Part shown: positions 53,408 to 64,000 of the stretch, in pieces
Position numbering within the stretch: the stretch's first letter is position 1
Layout of the letters: the number at the start of each line of letters is the position of its first letter
Assembly: GCA_963824335.1 (NCBI GenBank)
Contig: CAWGPB010000032.1
Coordinates: 48,769 to 112,768, forward strand
Direction: 5' to 3'
From: an uncultured Actinomycetota bacterium
GTDB taxonomy: Bacteria > Actinomycetota > Actinomycetes > Mycobacteriales > Mycobacteriaceae
Length of the DNA: 64,000 nucleotides
Translations under genes and position numbers: made by a program
The notes under the pieces: model-generated
Database searches by the model: none
Told to the model about the DNA's origin: nothing
What the model saw: the letters and a program-made list of their open reading frames with translations, nothing else

Positions 53408-53772
53408 CATCTGGCGCCTGGATGAGTAGCGGGGCGCGGCAGCATTCATTTGCTGGGCGCAGCCTTGACTGGTCAGCGCGTGGCCGACGTGTATTCGTAG
53501 CAAACTCACTGACACCTTATGGGAGTGTCGAATGCCCGGCGCTCGAAGCCAAAATATCCAGCTAATCAACCCTTATTTCCAGCTGACCGGAGTAAAGTAC
53601 CGGCAGTTCGGCATTCTGCTTGTCGGATTCTCGGCAAACACAAAACTTTTGGTATGGCTGAGGCGGCGAAGTGGCAACGGTATTGCTACGGTGTCCAACA
53701 CGGCATCATCAGCTGCCGGACGACACAATCTGGCGGCTTCCCTTGATGCAGCAGGGCGGGCCACGATAGGCC

Positions 53773-56124
53773 ATGGGGACAGTGGAGCTATCACCGACGG
53801 GGCGCGCGCGCCTATTCCGTGTCGCGGCCGCCCCTGTCGCCGCGTTTCTTGTATTCGCCGCCTGCGTGCTCACCGGCTGGGGCGGCCCGCCGGCACTGAG
53901 CGTGCTGCACGTCGCGGGTGCACTCGGATTTCCGTCATTCGCGGCATTGTGTACCGCGGTCGCTGCGCGACGAAGTTACGGCAGGCAGCGCTACACGTGG
54001 ACGGTGATGACCGTCGGTCTGGTCGGCTTGGAACTCAGCGCGATAGTGGTGGTTTACCACCGATTCTTGCGCGGCAACGTTCACACCGTGTATCCGATGT
54101 CGGGGATGATCGGGTTCCTGGCATTTCCAGTGGTGGCCTGCGTAGCATTCGTCATCTTCCCGGCCGGTTATCCGGGTCTCGCCCGCTTGCGAATGGTGCT
54201 CGACGCAGCGATCGTTGCCGGTGCATTGTTCGTCGTGGCGTGGGTGAAGCTGCTCCGCAATGTCTATGCCTCAACCTCGATGAGCGGCGTCGACCAGTTT
54301 GTCTCGATCGCCTGCCCGGCGTCAGGAGTAGTGACGGTCACACTGACGCTCCTGGCGCTCGTCCGCGCACCCATTCGTTGGCGCCCGTCGATGACGCTGA
54401 TGGCGATGGGCCTGATCTTGCTAGCTGCGTCCGGCAGCGCCTATGTGTACCTGCTTGCCCGCCACATATATCTCTGGGACAGTCCTCTGGGTTTGGGCTG
54501 GCCGGCGGGGCTGGTGCTGGTGGGCCTTGCCGCACTCATCGCTCCGCCCGATCCGCCAAAGAGGTCGCCCGAGCGATCGGCGTTGCTGTCCGTCCCGGCC
54601 CCGATGTGGCTGCCGTACATTCCGCTCGCCATCGCCGGTGGCCTCGAACTGGCCAATTTGCGCAGCACTGCCAACTCCGATCCCGCGTTCGTCGTGGTGC
54701 CGTGGCTGGTTATCGCCGTGCTGGCCCGCCAATTCATGGTGATCGCCGAGAACCGGCGGCTGCTGCACAGCGCGTCCGACCGCGCGTTGCGCGACCCTTT
54801 GACCAACCTGGCCAACCGGGTGCTGTTCCACGACCGCCTTGATCACGTGATGCAGCTTTATCATCGCGATCGGCGTTCGGTCGCCCTCCTGTCGATGGAC
54901 CTCGACGACTTCAAGCTCATCAACGACAACTTGGGCCATCCGGCCGGTGACGCCCTACTGGTGCAGGCCGCCCAACGGTTGATGAGCTGCGTACGATCCG
55001 GCGACACCGTTGCCCGGGTCGGTGGTGACGAATTCGCCGTGCTGATCGAAAATGCCGGGGAGAACGCCCATCTGATCGTCTATCAGATCATGGAGGCATT
55101 CGAGCGGCCGTTCAGCGCGGACGGCGAGGTGATCTTCATGCGGCCCAGTGCCGGTCTGACGGTCGCTGCTGTCGATGACGTTGATCTGACCGCTTCGGCT
55201 TTAGTCAAACAGGCCGATACCGCCATGTATGCGGCAAAACGGCTCGGTGGTGGCCTGCAGACGTTCAGCCCCGACATGCACATGTCCGACGACCGCTCCT
55301 CGTTATTCCCCGCCTCTGATGCGCAGCCGTCGCGCGGTGGATTGGTCGAGGTGCGATTGCTCGGCGATCTGCGCCAAGCGATCACCCATCGCGCACTGAC
55401 CCTGCTGTATCAACCGAAGGTCGACCTGCGGAACGGCGGAGTCGTGGGCGCCGAGGCGCTGGTGCGTTGGCCGCACCCGGTCTTCGGGATGGTGCAGCCA
55501 GATCAGTTCCTGCCATTGGTGCGCCAGCACGGCCTGATGCGCACGTTCACCGACGTGATCCTCGACCAAGCGCTGGGTGATGCCGCTCAGTGGCGGCGCC
55601 AGGGGGTGGATGTGCCGGTCGCCGTGAATCTTTTCCCTCCGCTCGTCGGTGATGTCAATTTGCCCGGCCGTATCTTCGCGGCCTTGCAGCGGCACGAGTT
55701 GCCCGGCGGTGCGTTGATCATCGAGATCACCGAAGACATGCTGCTGGATGACATCGACCGGACTCGGCAAGTGCTGGAAGCATTGCGGGAGAACAGCATT
55801 CAGATTGCACTTGACGACTTCGGTAGCGGCTATTCGGCGTTGACTTATCTGCGCAAGCTTCCCATCGACGAAGTCAAGGTTGACTACGACTTGATCAGCA
55901 ACGTGTTGACCGACCCGCGCGCCGACGCAATCGTCGGGGCGGTGATCGATCTCGCGCATGCGCTCGGCGTGACCACCGTCGCCGAGGGAGTGGAGAACGC
56001 CGAAACGGCGGCATGGCTGCGTGAGCGGGGATGCGAAGTGTCGCAAGGCATTCTCTACAGCCCTCCGGTCACTGCTCCCGCGATGATGCATCTACTGGTG
56101 TCGGCGTCCTCGCCGATGAGTTAA
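53773..56124 (+). CDS. Membrane-anchored diguanylate cyclase/phosphodiesterase (multi-TM sensor + GGDEF + EAL)
   Basis: About 9-10 TM segments; DPLTNLANR, DLDDFK, RSGD I-site, GGDEF, GAEALVRW, DDFGSGYS, EGVE. Confidence 0.95.
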   Translation: MGTVELSPTGRARLFRVAAAPVAAFLVFAACVLTGWGGPPALSVLHVAGALGFPSFAALCTAVAARRSYGRQRYTWTVMTVGLVGLELSAIVVVYHRFLRGNVHTVYPMSGMIGFLAFPVVACVAFVIFPAGYPGLARLRMVLDAAIVAGALFVVAWVKLLRNVYASTSMSGVDQFVSIACPASGVVTVTLTLLALVRAPIRWRPSMTLMAMGLILLAASGSAYVYLLARHIYLWDSPLGLGWPAGLVLVGLAALIAPPDPPKRSPERSALLSVPAPMWLPYIPLAIAGGLELANLRSTANSDPAFVVVPWLVIAVLARQFMVIAENRRLLHSASDRALRDPLTNLANRVLFHDRLDHVMQLYHRDRRSVALLSMDLDDFKLINDNLGHPAGDALLVQAAQRLMSCVRSGDTVARVGGDEFAVLIENAGENAHLIVYQIMEAFERPFSADGEVIFMRPSAGLTVAAVDDVDLTASALVKQADTAMYAAKRLGGGLQTFSPDMHMSDDRSSLFPASDAQPSRGGLVEVRLLGDLRQAITHRALTLLYQPKVDLRNGGVVGAEALVRWPHPVFGMVQPDQFLPLVRQHGLMRTFTDVILDQALGDAAQWRRQGVDVPVAVNLFPPLVGDVNLPGRIFAALQRHELPGGALIIEITEDMLLDDIDRTRQVLEALRENSIQIALDDFGSGYSALTYLRKLPIDEVKVDYDLISNVLTDPRADAIVGAVIDLAHALGVTTVAEGVENAETAAWLRERGCEVSQGILYSPPVTAPAMMHLLVSASSPMS

Positions 56125-57572
56125 CCGGCAGCTTCCAATCCGTTGGCCGCCGCGACCGCTGCCCGGGCCCATTCGTCATGATGCACCGCGGGGGCAATTC
56201 GCTCCTTGCGGATCAGTTCGGTGTTGACCTTGATGACCTTCGGTGCCCGAAATGCAAAGGTGCGGTTGGTGGTGTCGATCGCCAACAGTCCGTCAGTGTC
56301 GGTGAATCCGTTGGTGCGCATGGCGTTCTCAGCCCACCTGATCGGCGTCAGCCCGGAGAAGTCGTCGACGTACGCGACCCAGAGATGGACGTTGTGCCGG
56401 TCGGACAACTTCGACAAGGCACCTTCCACGGCGGTACGACCACCAGCGGTCAGCTTCCCGGACGGATCGGTGATGTAGCGAGTCAGCTGGACGGACGTCG
56501 CCGCGCTCGGCTCGTCGGTGCGCACTGCTGCGCCGTCGGCGGCCTCAGACGTCCGGTGGCGCAGGAGGTTTGCGCCGACGATCCCCGCCAACACCAGCAG
56601 AGCCACGGTCGCGGCGGCAGCGAACAACACAGCGGGACGCCGCCCGCGTCGAACCGGGGCCGCCGGTACCGGCGTGGAGATCTCTCTGGTGGGGGCATGC
56701 GCCGGGTGACCGGCGACAGTCTCGTCGGCACCGACACGGGGTTGACCCGTCAGTGCCGCCGCGAATTCCGCACAGTGTGAATAGCGGCTAGCAGGGTCCT
56801 TCGCCAACACTCTGGCGACGGTGACGTCGAGATCGGCGAGGTCGGGCCGTCGCGCGCTGAGCTGTGGCGGCGGCGCGGAAAGATGTTGGGAGATCACCAC
56901 TGCCGCGTTGGAGTTGTCGTAGGGTGCCGCGCCGGTCAGCAAGTGAAATGCGGTGCAGCCCAGTGCGTACTGGTCGGCACGGCCGTCGATGTCGTGGCCC
57001 AGGAGCTGTTCGGGTGCGGCGTAAGCCGTCGTCCCCATCACCATGTTGGTGGCGGTCAGACCGCTGATGTCGCCCACCTGCCGGGCAATACCGAAGTCGG
57101 CCAACAGGATCCGTCGTCCGCGCGGGCCGGTATCGCTGAGCAGAATGTTGGCGGGCTTGATGTCACGGTGCAGCAGTCCGCGCTGATGCGCATAGTCCAA
57201 CGCATCGGCGATCGCGCTGATGATCGTGAAAGCCTCGGCCCTCGGGAGTCCGGACGGGTAGCGGCTGCGCAGCAATTCGGCGGCGTCGGTTCCCTCGACG
57301 TAGTCCATCGACAACCACAACTGACCTTCGAACTCGCCGCGATCGTGGATGCCGACGATGTGGGGATGCCATAACTCGGAGGCGATGTCTGCTTCCCGGC
57401 TGAATCGCTGCCGGAACTCGAGGTCCGCGGTCAGTGTGGCCGGTAGGACCTTGAGGGCGTCCCGGCGGGGGAGTCGTGGGTGCTGCGCCAGATAAACCTC
57501 ACCCATGCCGCCGGATCCCAGCCGCTTGAGGATGGTGTAGCCGGCGAACACATCTCCGTTGTTCAGCGGCAT
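56121..57572 (-). CDS. Transmembrane Ser/Thr protein kinase with extracellular TPM domain
   Basis: LGSGGMGEVY, ALK, HRDIKPANIL, DFG, APE, single TM, then YITDPSGKL...LWVAYVDDF...LLAID TPM-like domain. Confidence 0.92.
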   Translation of the reverse strand: MPLNNGDVFAGYTILKRLGSGGMGEVYLAQHPRLPRRDALKVLPATLTADLEFRQRFSREADIASELWHPHIVGIHDRGEFEGQLWLSMDYVEGTDAAELLRSRYPSGLPRAEAFTIISAIADALDYAHQRGLLHRDIKPANILLSDTGPRGRRILLADFGIARQVGDISGLTATNMVMGTTAYAAPEQLLGHDIDGRADQYALGCTAFHLLTGAAPYDNSNAAVVISQHLSAPPPQLSARRPDLADLDVTVARVLAKDPASRYSHCAEFAAALTGQPRVGADETVAGHPAHAPTREISTPVPAAPVRRGRRPAVLFAAAATVALLVLAGIVGANLLRHRTSEAADGAAVRTDEPSAATSVQLTRYITDPSGKLTAGGRTAVEGALSKLSDRHNVHLWVAYVDDFSGLTPIRWAENAMRTNGFTDTDGLLAIDTTNRTFAFRAPKVIKVNTELIRKERIAPAVHHDEWARAAVAAANGLEAAG

Positions 57573-57678
57573 GTCAGCATGCTACAAACGCGACCTTCCC
57601 CAGGAGCGCAGCGGTTACCGATTGGGAGACGTGTCGCCTCCTTCAACGTTGCTGGCCTCCGGTCGCCAACGCTTCCGT

Positions 57679-58203
57679 CTAGCCAGGTAGGCCTCGAGCC
57701 TGAGGTTTGTAGTTACACAGGGTGCGAATCTCATGACCGTCCACGGTGCCCCAGTCGATGTTTGCTGCATGCGCACGGTCGCAGGTCAGCGTGAAATAGA
57801 TTGCAGTTTGATTATTGCTCTCGTAAGTGGCTACCGGACCCCGCACGGTGACCGTTCCGCTCTGAAATTGCGGATCAGCGAACAACGCTCTCCACATCTG
57901 CGCGGTCGGCAAGAACAGTTGCTGATCCGCAGCGTGCTCCTTGTGAAAAACCGCGCCGTTGGGCTCTTGGACTGTGTAACTGATGGTGCAGGACGTTCGC
58001 CCAGTGCACGTGACGGTCGGTGAGCCTTCAATCGGCGCGGCAAATCGGTCGCCTCCGACCGCTTCTTGGACAAGCTGCGCAACCTCACTGTTGCCCACGG
58101 TGAACGATGCGGGAGCGGAATAATGAGGTGCGGACGAGCACCCGACCAAGACCGCGAGCGCCGCAACGGATAGCGATAATTCGCCGACGCGACGGTTTGC
58201 CAT
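57679..58203 (-). CDS. Hypothetical lipoprotein
   Basis: Lipobox LVGC after a hydrophobic stretch; four further Cys (likely two disulfides); codon usage visibly less GC-biased than flanking core genes. Confidence 0.7.
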   Translation of the reverse strand: MANRRVGELSLSVAALAVLVGCSSAPHYSAPASFTVGNSEVAQLVQEAVGGDRFAAPIEGSPTVTCTGRTSCTISYTVQEPNGAVFHKEHAADQQLFLPTAQMWRALFADPQFQSGTVTVRGPVATYESNNQTAIYFTLTCDRAHAANIDWGTVDGHEIRTLCNYKPQARGLPG

Positions 58204-58251
58204 TCCGAGAGAGTAAGGATTCCTCGGAGCGGCGAGAAGAACTGCGAAGAG

Positions 58252-58710
58252 TTACTTACGCGATTTTAGCGTGACCAACGCCTTATCGGCGTGAGTGTCC
58301 ATGCTGAGTTCGCTGGAGATCACGTCGAGCACCGTGCGATCGGTGTCGATGACGAACGTGGTGCGCTTGACCGGAATCAGCTTGCCCAGCAGCCCTCGCT
58401 TGACCCCGAACTGAGCGGCGATCGCGCCGTCAGTGTCCGACAGCAACGGGTAGTCGAAATGCTGCGAGTCGGCAAACTTGGCTTGCTTTTCGACCGGATC
58501 CACACTGATGCCGACGCGGTTTGCGCCTACCGAAGCGAATTCCTGCGCCAGGTCACGGAAGTGGCACGCTTCCTTGGTGCACCCGGGTGTCATCGCCGCC
58601 GGGTAGAAGAACAACACCACGGGCCCGTCGGCCAGCAGAGCGCTGAGCCTGCGAGGGGTGCCGGTCTGGTCGGGAAGTTCGAAGTCAGCCACGGTCTCAC
58701 CGGTTTTCAT
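58252..58710 (-). CDS. bcpB: Peroxiredoxin (BCP/PrxQ family)
   Basis: [36 protein letters not shown]; start ATG 58710. Confidence 0.93.
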   Translation of the reverse strand: MKTGETVADFELPDQTGTPRRLSALLADGPVVLFFYPAAMTPGCTKEACHFRDLAQEFASVGANRVGISVDPVEKQAKFADSQHFDYPLLSDTDGAIAAQFGVKRGLLGKLIPVKRTTFVIDTDRTVLDVISSELSMDTHADKALVTLKSRK

Positions 58711-58770
58711 GGCCGTCACGCTACGCCAGTGGCGGGCGGAGCCGATCTGCCCATCTGGGAAGATGACTCC

Positions 58771-60312
58771 GTGCACGCCAATCTTGCCGCCGCCACCACT
58801 TCGCGGGAGCATTTTCGCCTCCTGGCGGCCGAGCATCGGGTAGTGCCGGTGACCCGCAAGGTGCTGGCAGACGCTGAGACGCCACTGTCCGCGTACCGCA
58901 AACTGGCCGACAACCGACCCGGGACGTTCCTGCTGGAGTCGGCGGAGAACGGGCGGTCGTGGTCGCGGTGGTCGTTCATCGGGGCCGGTGCGCCGTCCGC
59001 GCTGACCGTGCGCGACGGTCAGGCGGTCTGGCTCGGCACGGTGCCGCACGACGCGCCCACCGGTGGCGACCCACTGCAGGCACTGCACGAGACGTTGGAG
59101 CTGCTGGCCACGGCGGCGCTGCCGGGGTTGCCGCCACTGTCCGGCGGCATGGTGGGGTTTTTCGCTTACGACCTGGTGCGGCGCCTGGAGCGGCTGCCCG
59201 AGCTCGCGGTCGACGACCTGAACCTCCCGGACATGCTGCTGCTGCTGGCGACGGACCTGGCCGCCGTCGACCACCACGAGGGCACCATCACGCTGATCGC
59301 CAACGCGGTGAACTGGAACGGCACCGACGAGCGGGTCGACGAGGCCTACGAGGATGCGATCGCACGGCTGGACGTGATGACCGCCGCGCTGGAGCAGCCG
59401 CTGCCGTCGACTGTCGCGACGTTCACCAGGCCCGAGCCGCAGCACCGCGCGCAGCGCACGGTGCAGGAGTACGGCGCGATCGTCGAGCGCCTGGTCGGCG
59501 AGATCGAACGAGGCGAGGCATTCCAGGTGGTGCCGTCGCAGCGTTTCGAGATGGACACCGACGTCGAGGCGATCGACGTCTATCGGATGCTTCGGGTGTC
59601 CAACCCCAGCCCGTATATGTATCTGCTCCATGTGCCCAATGGCGAAGGTGGAACGGCATTTTCGATTGCCGGCTCCAGTCCAGAAGCGTTGGTGACGGTG
59701 CAGGACCGCTGGGCGACGACGCACCCGATCGCCGGGACCAGATGGCGCGGCGAGTCCGAAGACGAGGATCAGTTGCTGGAGAAGGAGTTGCTGGCCGACG
59801 ACAAGGAACGCGCCGAGCACCTGATGCTGGTCGACCTTGGCCGCAACGACTTGGGCCGGGTCTGCGTGCCCGGCAGCGTCCGCGTCGAGGACTACAGCCA
59901 CATCGAGCGCTACAGCCACGTCATGCATCTGGTCTCGACGGTGACCGGCGTGCTCGCCGACGGCCGCACGGCACTGGATGCGGTGACCGCGTGTTTTCCT
60001 GCTGGCACGCTGTCGGGTGCTCCGAAGGTGCGTGCGATGGAACTGATCGAGGAAGTGGAGAAAACCCGGCGCGGCCTTTACGGCGGCGTACTCGGCTACC
60101 TCGACTTCGCCGGAAACGCCGACTTCGCCATCGCCATCCGGACCGCTCTGATGCGTGACGGCACCGCCTACGTGCAGGCGGGTGGCGGGGTGGTGGCTGA
60201 CTCCAACGGGCCCTACGAATACACCGAAGCGACGAACAAGGCGCGTGCGGTACTCAGCGCGATTGCCGCCGCGCAGACCCTGCGTAGCCCGGACACGCCT
60301 GTCGATGACTGA
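58771..60312 (+). CDS. trpE: Anthranilate synthase component I
   Basis: [48 protein letters not shown]; GTG start MHANLAA. Confidence 0.97.
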   Translation: MHANLAAATTSREHFRLLAAEHRVVPVTRKVLADAETPLSAYRKLADNRPGTFLLESAENGRSWSRWSFIGAGAPSALTVRDGQAVWLGTVPHDAPTGGDPLQALHETLELLATAALPGLPPLSGGMVGFFAYDLVRRLERLPELAVDDLNLPDMLLLLATDLAAVDHHEGTITLIANAVNWNGTDERVDEAYEDAIARLDVMTAALEQPLPSTVATFTRPEPQHRAQRTVQEYGAIVERLVGEIERGEAFQVVPSQRFEMDTDVEAIDVYRMLRVSNPSPYMYLLHVPNGEGGTAFSIAGSSPEALVTVQDRWATTHPIAGTRWRGESEDEDQLLEKELLADDKERAEHLMLVDLGRNDLGRVCVPGSVRVEDYSHIERYSHVMHLVSTVTGVLADGRTALDAVTACFPAGTLSGAPKVRAMELIEEVEKTRRGLYGGVLGYLDFAGNADFAIAIRTALMRDGTAYVQAGGGVVADSNGPYEYTEATNKARAVLSAIAAAQTLRSPDTPVDD

Positions 60313-60952
60313 CGCTCAGCCAGCCGCCGGAGGCCGGCGGACCATCAGGGCGGCGCAGGTTCTGTTGGTCGTCTCGGCCGCCGGACTCTGGACGGCATCG
60401 CGGCTGAACTGGGTCGAGCTGCAGACATTTGACGGTTTGGGCCCGCCGAAGGTTGTCACGCTGTCCGGCGCGGGGTGGTCGTCGGCTCTGTTCCCGCTGG
60501 CGCTGCTGCTGCTCGCGACCGCCTTGGCAGCACTGGCAGTGCGGCGATGGGCGTTGCGGTTGGTGGCGGTGCTGCTGGCTCTCGCCAGCCTGGCGACGGG
60601 ATATCTGGCGATCAGCACGCTGGAGATCCGAGACGTCGCCGCGAGGGGCGCCGAACTTGCGCACGTGCCGGTAATGGAGCTGGTGGGCAGCAAGCGGCAC
60701 TTCGCGGGCCCGGTGATCACGCTGTTGGCTGCGGCCGGCACGCTGATGGCGGCGGTGTTGTTGATGCGCGCCGCGGCCTCAGCCGGTCGGACGGCCACGA
60801 AATATCTGGCGCCCGCCGCCCGCCGCTCAGCGGCCCGGCGCGACCACGAGACTCCGTCGGAGCGCACGATGTGGGATGAGCTCGATGAGGGCCGCGATCC
60901 GACCGACCCCGCGCACGATCCGCCGCCCGAACCTGACACCGAGGGTCGGTGA
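60305..60952 (+). CDS. trp-region membrane protein (Rv1610/TIGR02234-like)
   Basis: Four TM segments and [17 protein letters not shown]-terminal motif; between trpE and trpC. Confidence 0.88.
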   Translation: MTDAQPAAGGRRTIRAAQVLLVVSAAGLWTASRLNWVELQTFDGLGPPKVVTLSGAGWSSALFPLALLLLATALAALAVRRWALRLVAVLLALASLATGYLAISTLEIRDVAARGAELAHVPVMELVGSKRHFAGPVITLLAAAGTLMAAVLLMRAAASAGRTATKYLAPAARRSAARRDHETPSERTMWDELDEGRDPTDPAHDPPPEPDTEGR

Positions 60953-61032
60953 CAGACGCCACCTCGACGCTCGCTACCCTTCGATGGACGCCGTCACTAC
61001 TCTGATGACGGCCGGGGAGAGGAACCGACAGC

Positions 61033-61851
61033 ATGAGTTCGGCAACCGTGCTTGACTCCATTATTCAGGGAGTCCGCGCCGACGTTGCCGCTCGTGAAGC
61101 GGTTGTGGGCATGCCGGAGATCAAGGCCGCAGCCGAAGCAGCCCCGCCACCACTAGACGTGCTGGCAGCGCTGCGCGAGGCCGGCATCGGGGTCATCGCC
61201 GAGGTCAAGCGAGCCAGCCCGTCGGCAGGAGAGCTCGCATCGATCGCCGACCCCGCCGCGCTGGCCTGCGCCTACGAAGATGGCGGCGCCCGGATCATCA
61301 GTGTGCTGACTGAAGAGCGCCGCTTCCACGGCAGCCTGGCCGATCTCGACTCAGTGCGCGCGGCCGTCTCAATTCCGGTGCTGCGCAAAGACTTTGTGGT
61401 CGGCCCCTACCAGATTCACGAGGCTCGCGCGCACGGCGCCGACATGCTGCTGCTGATCGTCGCCGCGCTGGACCAGCCGGCACTTGAGTCGATGCTGGAG
61501 CGCACCGAGTCACTGGGCATGACGGCACTCGTCGAGGTGCACACCGAAGAAGAAGCTGACCGCGCGTTGACGGCCGGTGCGCGGGTGATCGGCGTGAATG
61601 CTCGCGACCTGCGCACACTTCGAGTCGATCGGGATTGCTTCGCGCGCATTGCGCCGGGGTTGCCGTCGAACATCATCCGGATCGCCGAATCCGGCGTGCG
61701 GGGCAGGGCTGACCTGCTGGCGTACGCCGGGGCCGGTGCTGACGCGGTGCTGGTCGGCGAAGGCCTGGTCACCAGCGGGGATCCCCGCGCGGCCGTCGCC
61801 GACCTGGTCACCGCCGGCAAGCACCCGTCTTGCCCCAAGCCGGCCCGCTAA
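61033..61851 (+). CDS. trpC: Indole-3-glycerol-phosphate synthase
   Basis: [36 protein letters not shown]. Confidence 0.98.
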   Translation: MSSATVLDSIIQGVRADVAAREAVVGMPEIKAAAEAAPPPLDVLAALREAGIGVIAEVKRASPSAGELASIADPAALACAYEDGGARIISVLTEERRFHGSLADLDSVRAAVSIPVLRKDFVVGPYQIHEARAHGADMLLLIVAALDQPALESMLERTESLGMTALVEVHTEEEADRALTAGARVIGVNARDLRTLRVDRDCFARIAPGLPSNIIRIAESGVRGRADLLAYAGAGADAVLVGEGLVTSGDPRAAVADLVTAGKHPSCPKPAR

Positions 61852-61902
61852 CCCAGCGCGTTGATTGAACTCCATGCGCCGCTTACCCGTTGAGCATCTG
61901 TA

Positions 61903-63216
61903 ATGGCTGATACCCTGCGCCCGGAACTTCCGCGTTCCAGCGCCGCACTCGCTGAACCCACCCACCACGATCCAGACTCTCGTGGTCATTTCGGTGTCTA
62001 TGGTGGCCGATTCGTCGCCGAGGCCCTGATGGCCGTGATCGAAGAAGTCACCGCGGCCTACGAGAAGGTGCGCACCGACCAGGCCTACCTCGATGAGCTC
62101 GACCGGTTGCAGACGCACTACACCGGCCGGCCATCACCGCTGTACGAGGCCACCCGGCTCAGCGAGCACGCCGGTGGTGCGCGCATCTTCCTCAAACGAG
62201 AAGACCTGAACCACACGGGTTCTCACAAGATCAACAATGTGCTGGGTCAGGCCCTGCTGGCCCGCAAAATGGGCAAAACCCGGGTGATCGCCGAGACCGG
62301 TGCCGGTCAGCACGGCGTCGCCACCGCGACCGCGTGTGCCTTGCTCGGCCTGGACTGCGTGATCTACATGGGCGCCGTCGACACCGCGCGACAGGCACTC
62401 AACGTCGCCAGGATGCGACTGCTCGGGGCTGAGGTCGTGTCGGTCGAGTCCGGCTCGAAAACCCTCAAGGACGCCATCAATGACGCGTTCCGCGACTGGG
62501 TGACCAACGCCGACAACACCTATTACTGCTTCGGCACCGCCGCCGGGCCACACCCGTTCCCGACGATGGTCCGGGACTTCCAGCGGGTGATCGGCCTCGA
62601 GACACGGGTGCAGATCCAGGATCAAGCTGGCCGGCTGCCCGACGCCGTCACCGCCTGCGTGGGCGGCGGGTCCAACGCGATCGGCATCTTCCACGCTTTT
62701 CTCGACGACGCGAATGTCCGGCTGGTCGGTTACGAGGCAGCCGGCGACGGCGTCGAAACCGGTCGCCACGCCGCCACGTTCGCCGGCGGGTCGCCGGGGG
62801 CGTTCCAGGGGTCGTATTCGTTTCTGCTGCAGGACGAGGACGGGCAGACGACCGAATCGCATTCGATCTCGGCAGGCCTGGACTATCCGGGTGTGGGTCC
62901 GGAGCATGCCTGGCTGAAGGACACCGGGCGAGCCGACTACCGCCCGATCACCGACACCGAAGCGATGGACGCGTTCCAGTTGTTGTGCCGGACCGAAGGC
63001 ATCATCCCGGCGATCGAGTCGGCGCACGCGATCGCCGGCGCCATCAAGCTGGGCCACGAGATGGGTAGCGGGGCAATCATTGTGGTGAACCTGTCCGGTC
63101 GCGGAGACAAGGACGTCGAGACCGCCGCGAAGTGGTTCGGCCTGCTGGACGGTGACGATGCGGGCAGCGCAGCTGCCCGAGGAGGAGCCGGACAATCAGG
63201 TCTGGACAAAGCATGA
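61903..63216 (+). CDS. trpB: Tryptophan synthase beta chain
   Basis: [54 protein letters not shown]. Confidence 0.98.
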   Translation: MADTLRPELPRSSAALAEPTHHDPDSRGHFGVYGGRFVAEALMAVIEEVTAAYEKVRTDQAYLDELDRLQTHYTGRPSPLYEATRLSEHAGGARIFLKREDLNHTGSHKINNVLGQALLARKMGKTRVIAETGAGQHGVATATACALLGLDCVIYMGAVDTARQALNVARMRLLGAEVVSVESGSKTLKDAINDAFRDWVTNADNTYYCFGTAAGPHPFPTMVRDFQRVIGLETRVQIQDQAGRLPDAVTACVGGGSNAIGIFHAFLDDANVRLVGYEAAGDGVETGRHAATFAGGSPGAFQGSYSFLLQDEDGQTTESHSISAGLDYPGVGPEHAWLKDTGRADYRPITDTEAMDAFQLLCRTEGIIPAIESAHAIAGAIKLGHEMGSGAIIVVNLSGRGDKDVETAAKWFGLLDGDDAGSAAARGGAGQSGLDKA

Positions 63217-64000
63217 CCCTCGAGCAGAGCGAAAAGAGTCGTCTGCAAGCCCTTTTTAGTTTGTGCCGCGGCGAGCAGCGGGCGGCGCTGATCGGATATC
63301 TGCCCACCGGATATCCCGATGTGCCGACGTCGATCGATGCCATGAAAGCGCTGACCGAATCTGGGTGCGACCTCATCGAGGTCGGTGTCCCGTATTCCGA
63401 TCCGGGCATGGACGGACCCGTGATCGCCACCGCCGCGGAGGTCGCCTTGAGCGGTGGAGTGCGGGTGCGCGACACGTTGGCGGCTGTCGACGCGATCAGC
63501 GCAGCGGGCGGTCGTGCCGTGGTCATGACGTACTGGAACCCTGTGCTGCGCTATGGAGTTGACGCGTTCGCGCGCGACCTCGCCGCAGCCGGCGGCTACG
63601 GGCTGATCACCCCGGACCTCATTCCCGACGAAGCGGACGAATGGCTGGCCGCATCCGAGCAGCATCAGCTCGATCGCATCTTCCTGGTCGCGCCGTCCTC
63701 GACGCACCAGCGCCTGGCGGACACGGTCGCCGCGTCGCGCGGGTTCGTCTATGCGGCATCGACGATGGGGGTGACCGGTGCCCGCGATGTGGTGTCGAAT
63801 GCCGCGCCGGAATTGGTCAGCCGGGTCAAAGAAGTATCTGACATCGCCGTCGGGGTCGGATTGGGCGTCCGATCGCGCGAACAGGCCGCCGAGATCGCCC
63901 GTTACGCCGACGGTGTCATCGTGGGCTCGGCGCTGGTCTCCGCGCTCACCGATGGGGTGCCCGCGATGCGTGCTCTGAGTGAAGAACTCGCCGAAGGTGT
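63213..64000 (+). CDS. trpA: Tryptophan synthase alpha chain (runs off the window end)
   Basis: ATGA overlap with trpB; manual translation gives [42 protein letters not shown]. Confidence 0.96.
   Translation, partial: MTLEQSEKSRLQALFSLCRGEQRAALIGYLPTGYPDVPTSIDAMKALTESGCDLIEVGVPYSDPGMDGPVIATAAEVALSGGVRVRDTLAAVDAISAAGGRAVVMTYWNPVLRYGVDAFARDLAAAGGYGLITPDLIPDEADEWLAASEQHQLDRIFLVAPSSTHQRLADTVAASRGFVYAASTMGVTGARDVVSNAAPELVSRVKEVSDIAVGVGLGVRSREQAAEIARYADGVIVGSALVSALTDGVPAMRALSEELAEG

Noticed and set aside
53375-53700. Possible c-di-GMP riboswitch upstream of the GGDEF-EAL gene (GGGACGCA, GTAGCGGGG, GGCAAAC words)
   Set aside because: Words are in the wrong order, there is no GNRA tetraloop/receptor arrangement, and GGGACGCA belongs to the perfect terminator stem.
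53532-54842. 436-aa ORF before and over the GGDEF-EAL gene
   Set aside because: Arg-rich off-frame shadow with no recognisable domain.
58252-60312. 558-aa and 673-aa long ORFs
   Set aside because: N-terminal extensions are antisense to trpE or bcpB; the real starts are 58710 (bcpB) and 58771 (trpE).

Overview
GC-rich chromosomal segment from a non-tuberculous Mycobacterium (sensu lato). Gene order follows M. tuberculosis Rv1547-Rv1613 as recalled: dnaE1, fadD11, Rv1558, ilvA, treZYX, sucT, ripD, bioAFD, bioB-bsaP, nrtR-nadABC, his operon, bcpB, trpE-trpCBA. Several accessory blocks interrupt it. (1) Between bioD/Rv1571 and bioB, where M. tuberculosis H37Rv has phiRv1/REP13E12, lie an NAD-dependent formate dehydrogenase, an acetoin operon (alsD-alsS) and a minus-strand cluster of four membrane/lipoprotein genes. 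The cluster's 619-aa protein carries two D-x3-H-x13/14-H motifs that mirror the CuC and CuD sites of PmoC/AmoC, followed by a PmoA-like segment and a beta-sandwich domain. It is coupled to a His-rich cupredoxin-like lipoprotein. This is the best candidate for an undescribed system: a very divergent copper-membrane-monooxygenase-like fusion. (2) Between hisI and bcpB lie two secreted acidic Gly/Ala/Asp beta-solenoid paralogues with a conserved duplicated ~125-nt upstream element, a membrane GGDEF-EAL protein, a Ser/Thr kinase with an extracellular TPM domain and a lipoprotein. nrtR, nadA and nadB each carry a frameshift within 1.8 kb (likely sequencing error, possibly real NAD auxotrophy). A MIRU VNTR, several operators and hairpins are present. 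No rRNA, tRNA, CRISPR array, IS element or prophage was recognised. All homology calls come from reading motifs and recalled sequences; no searches were run.
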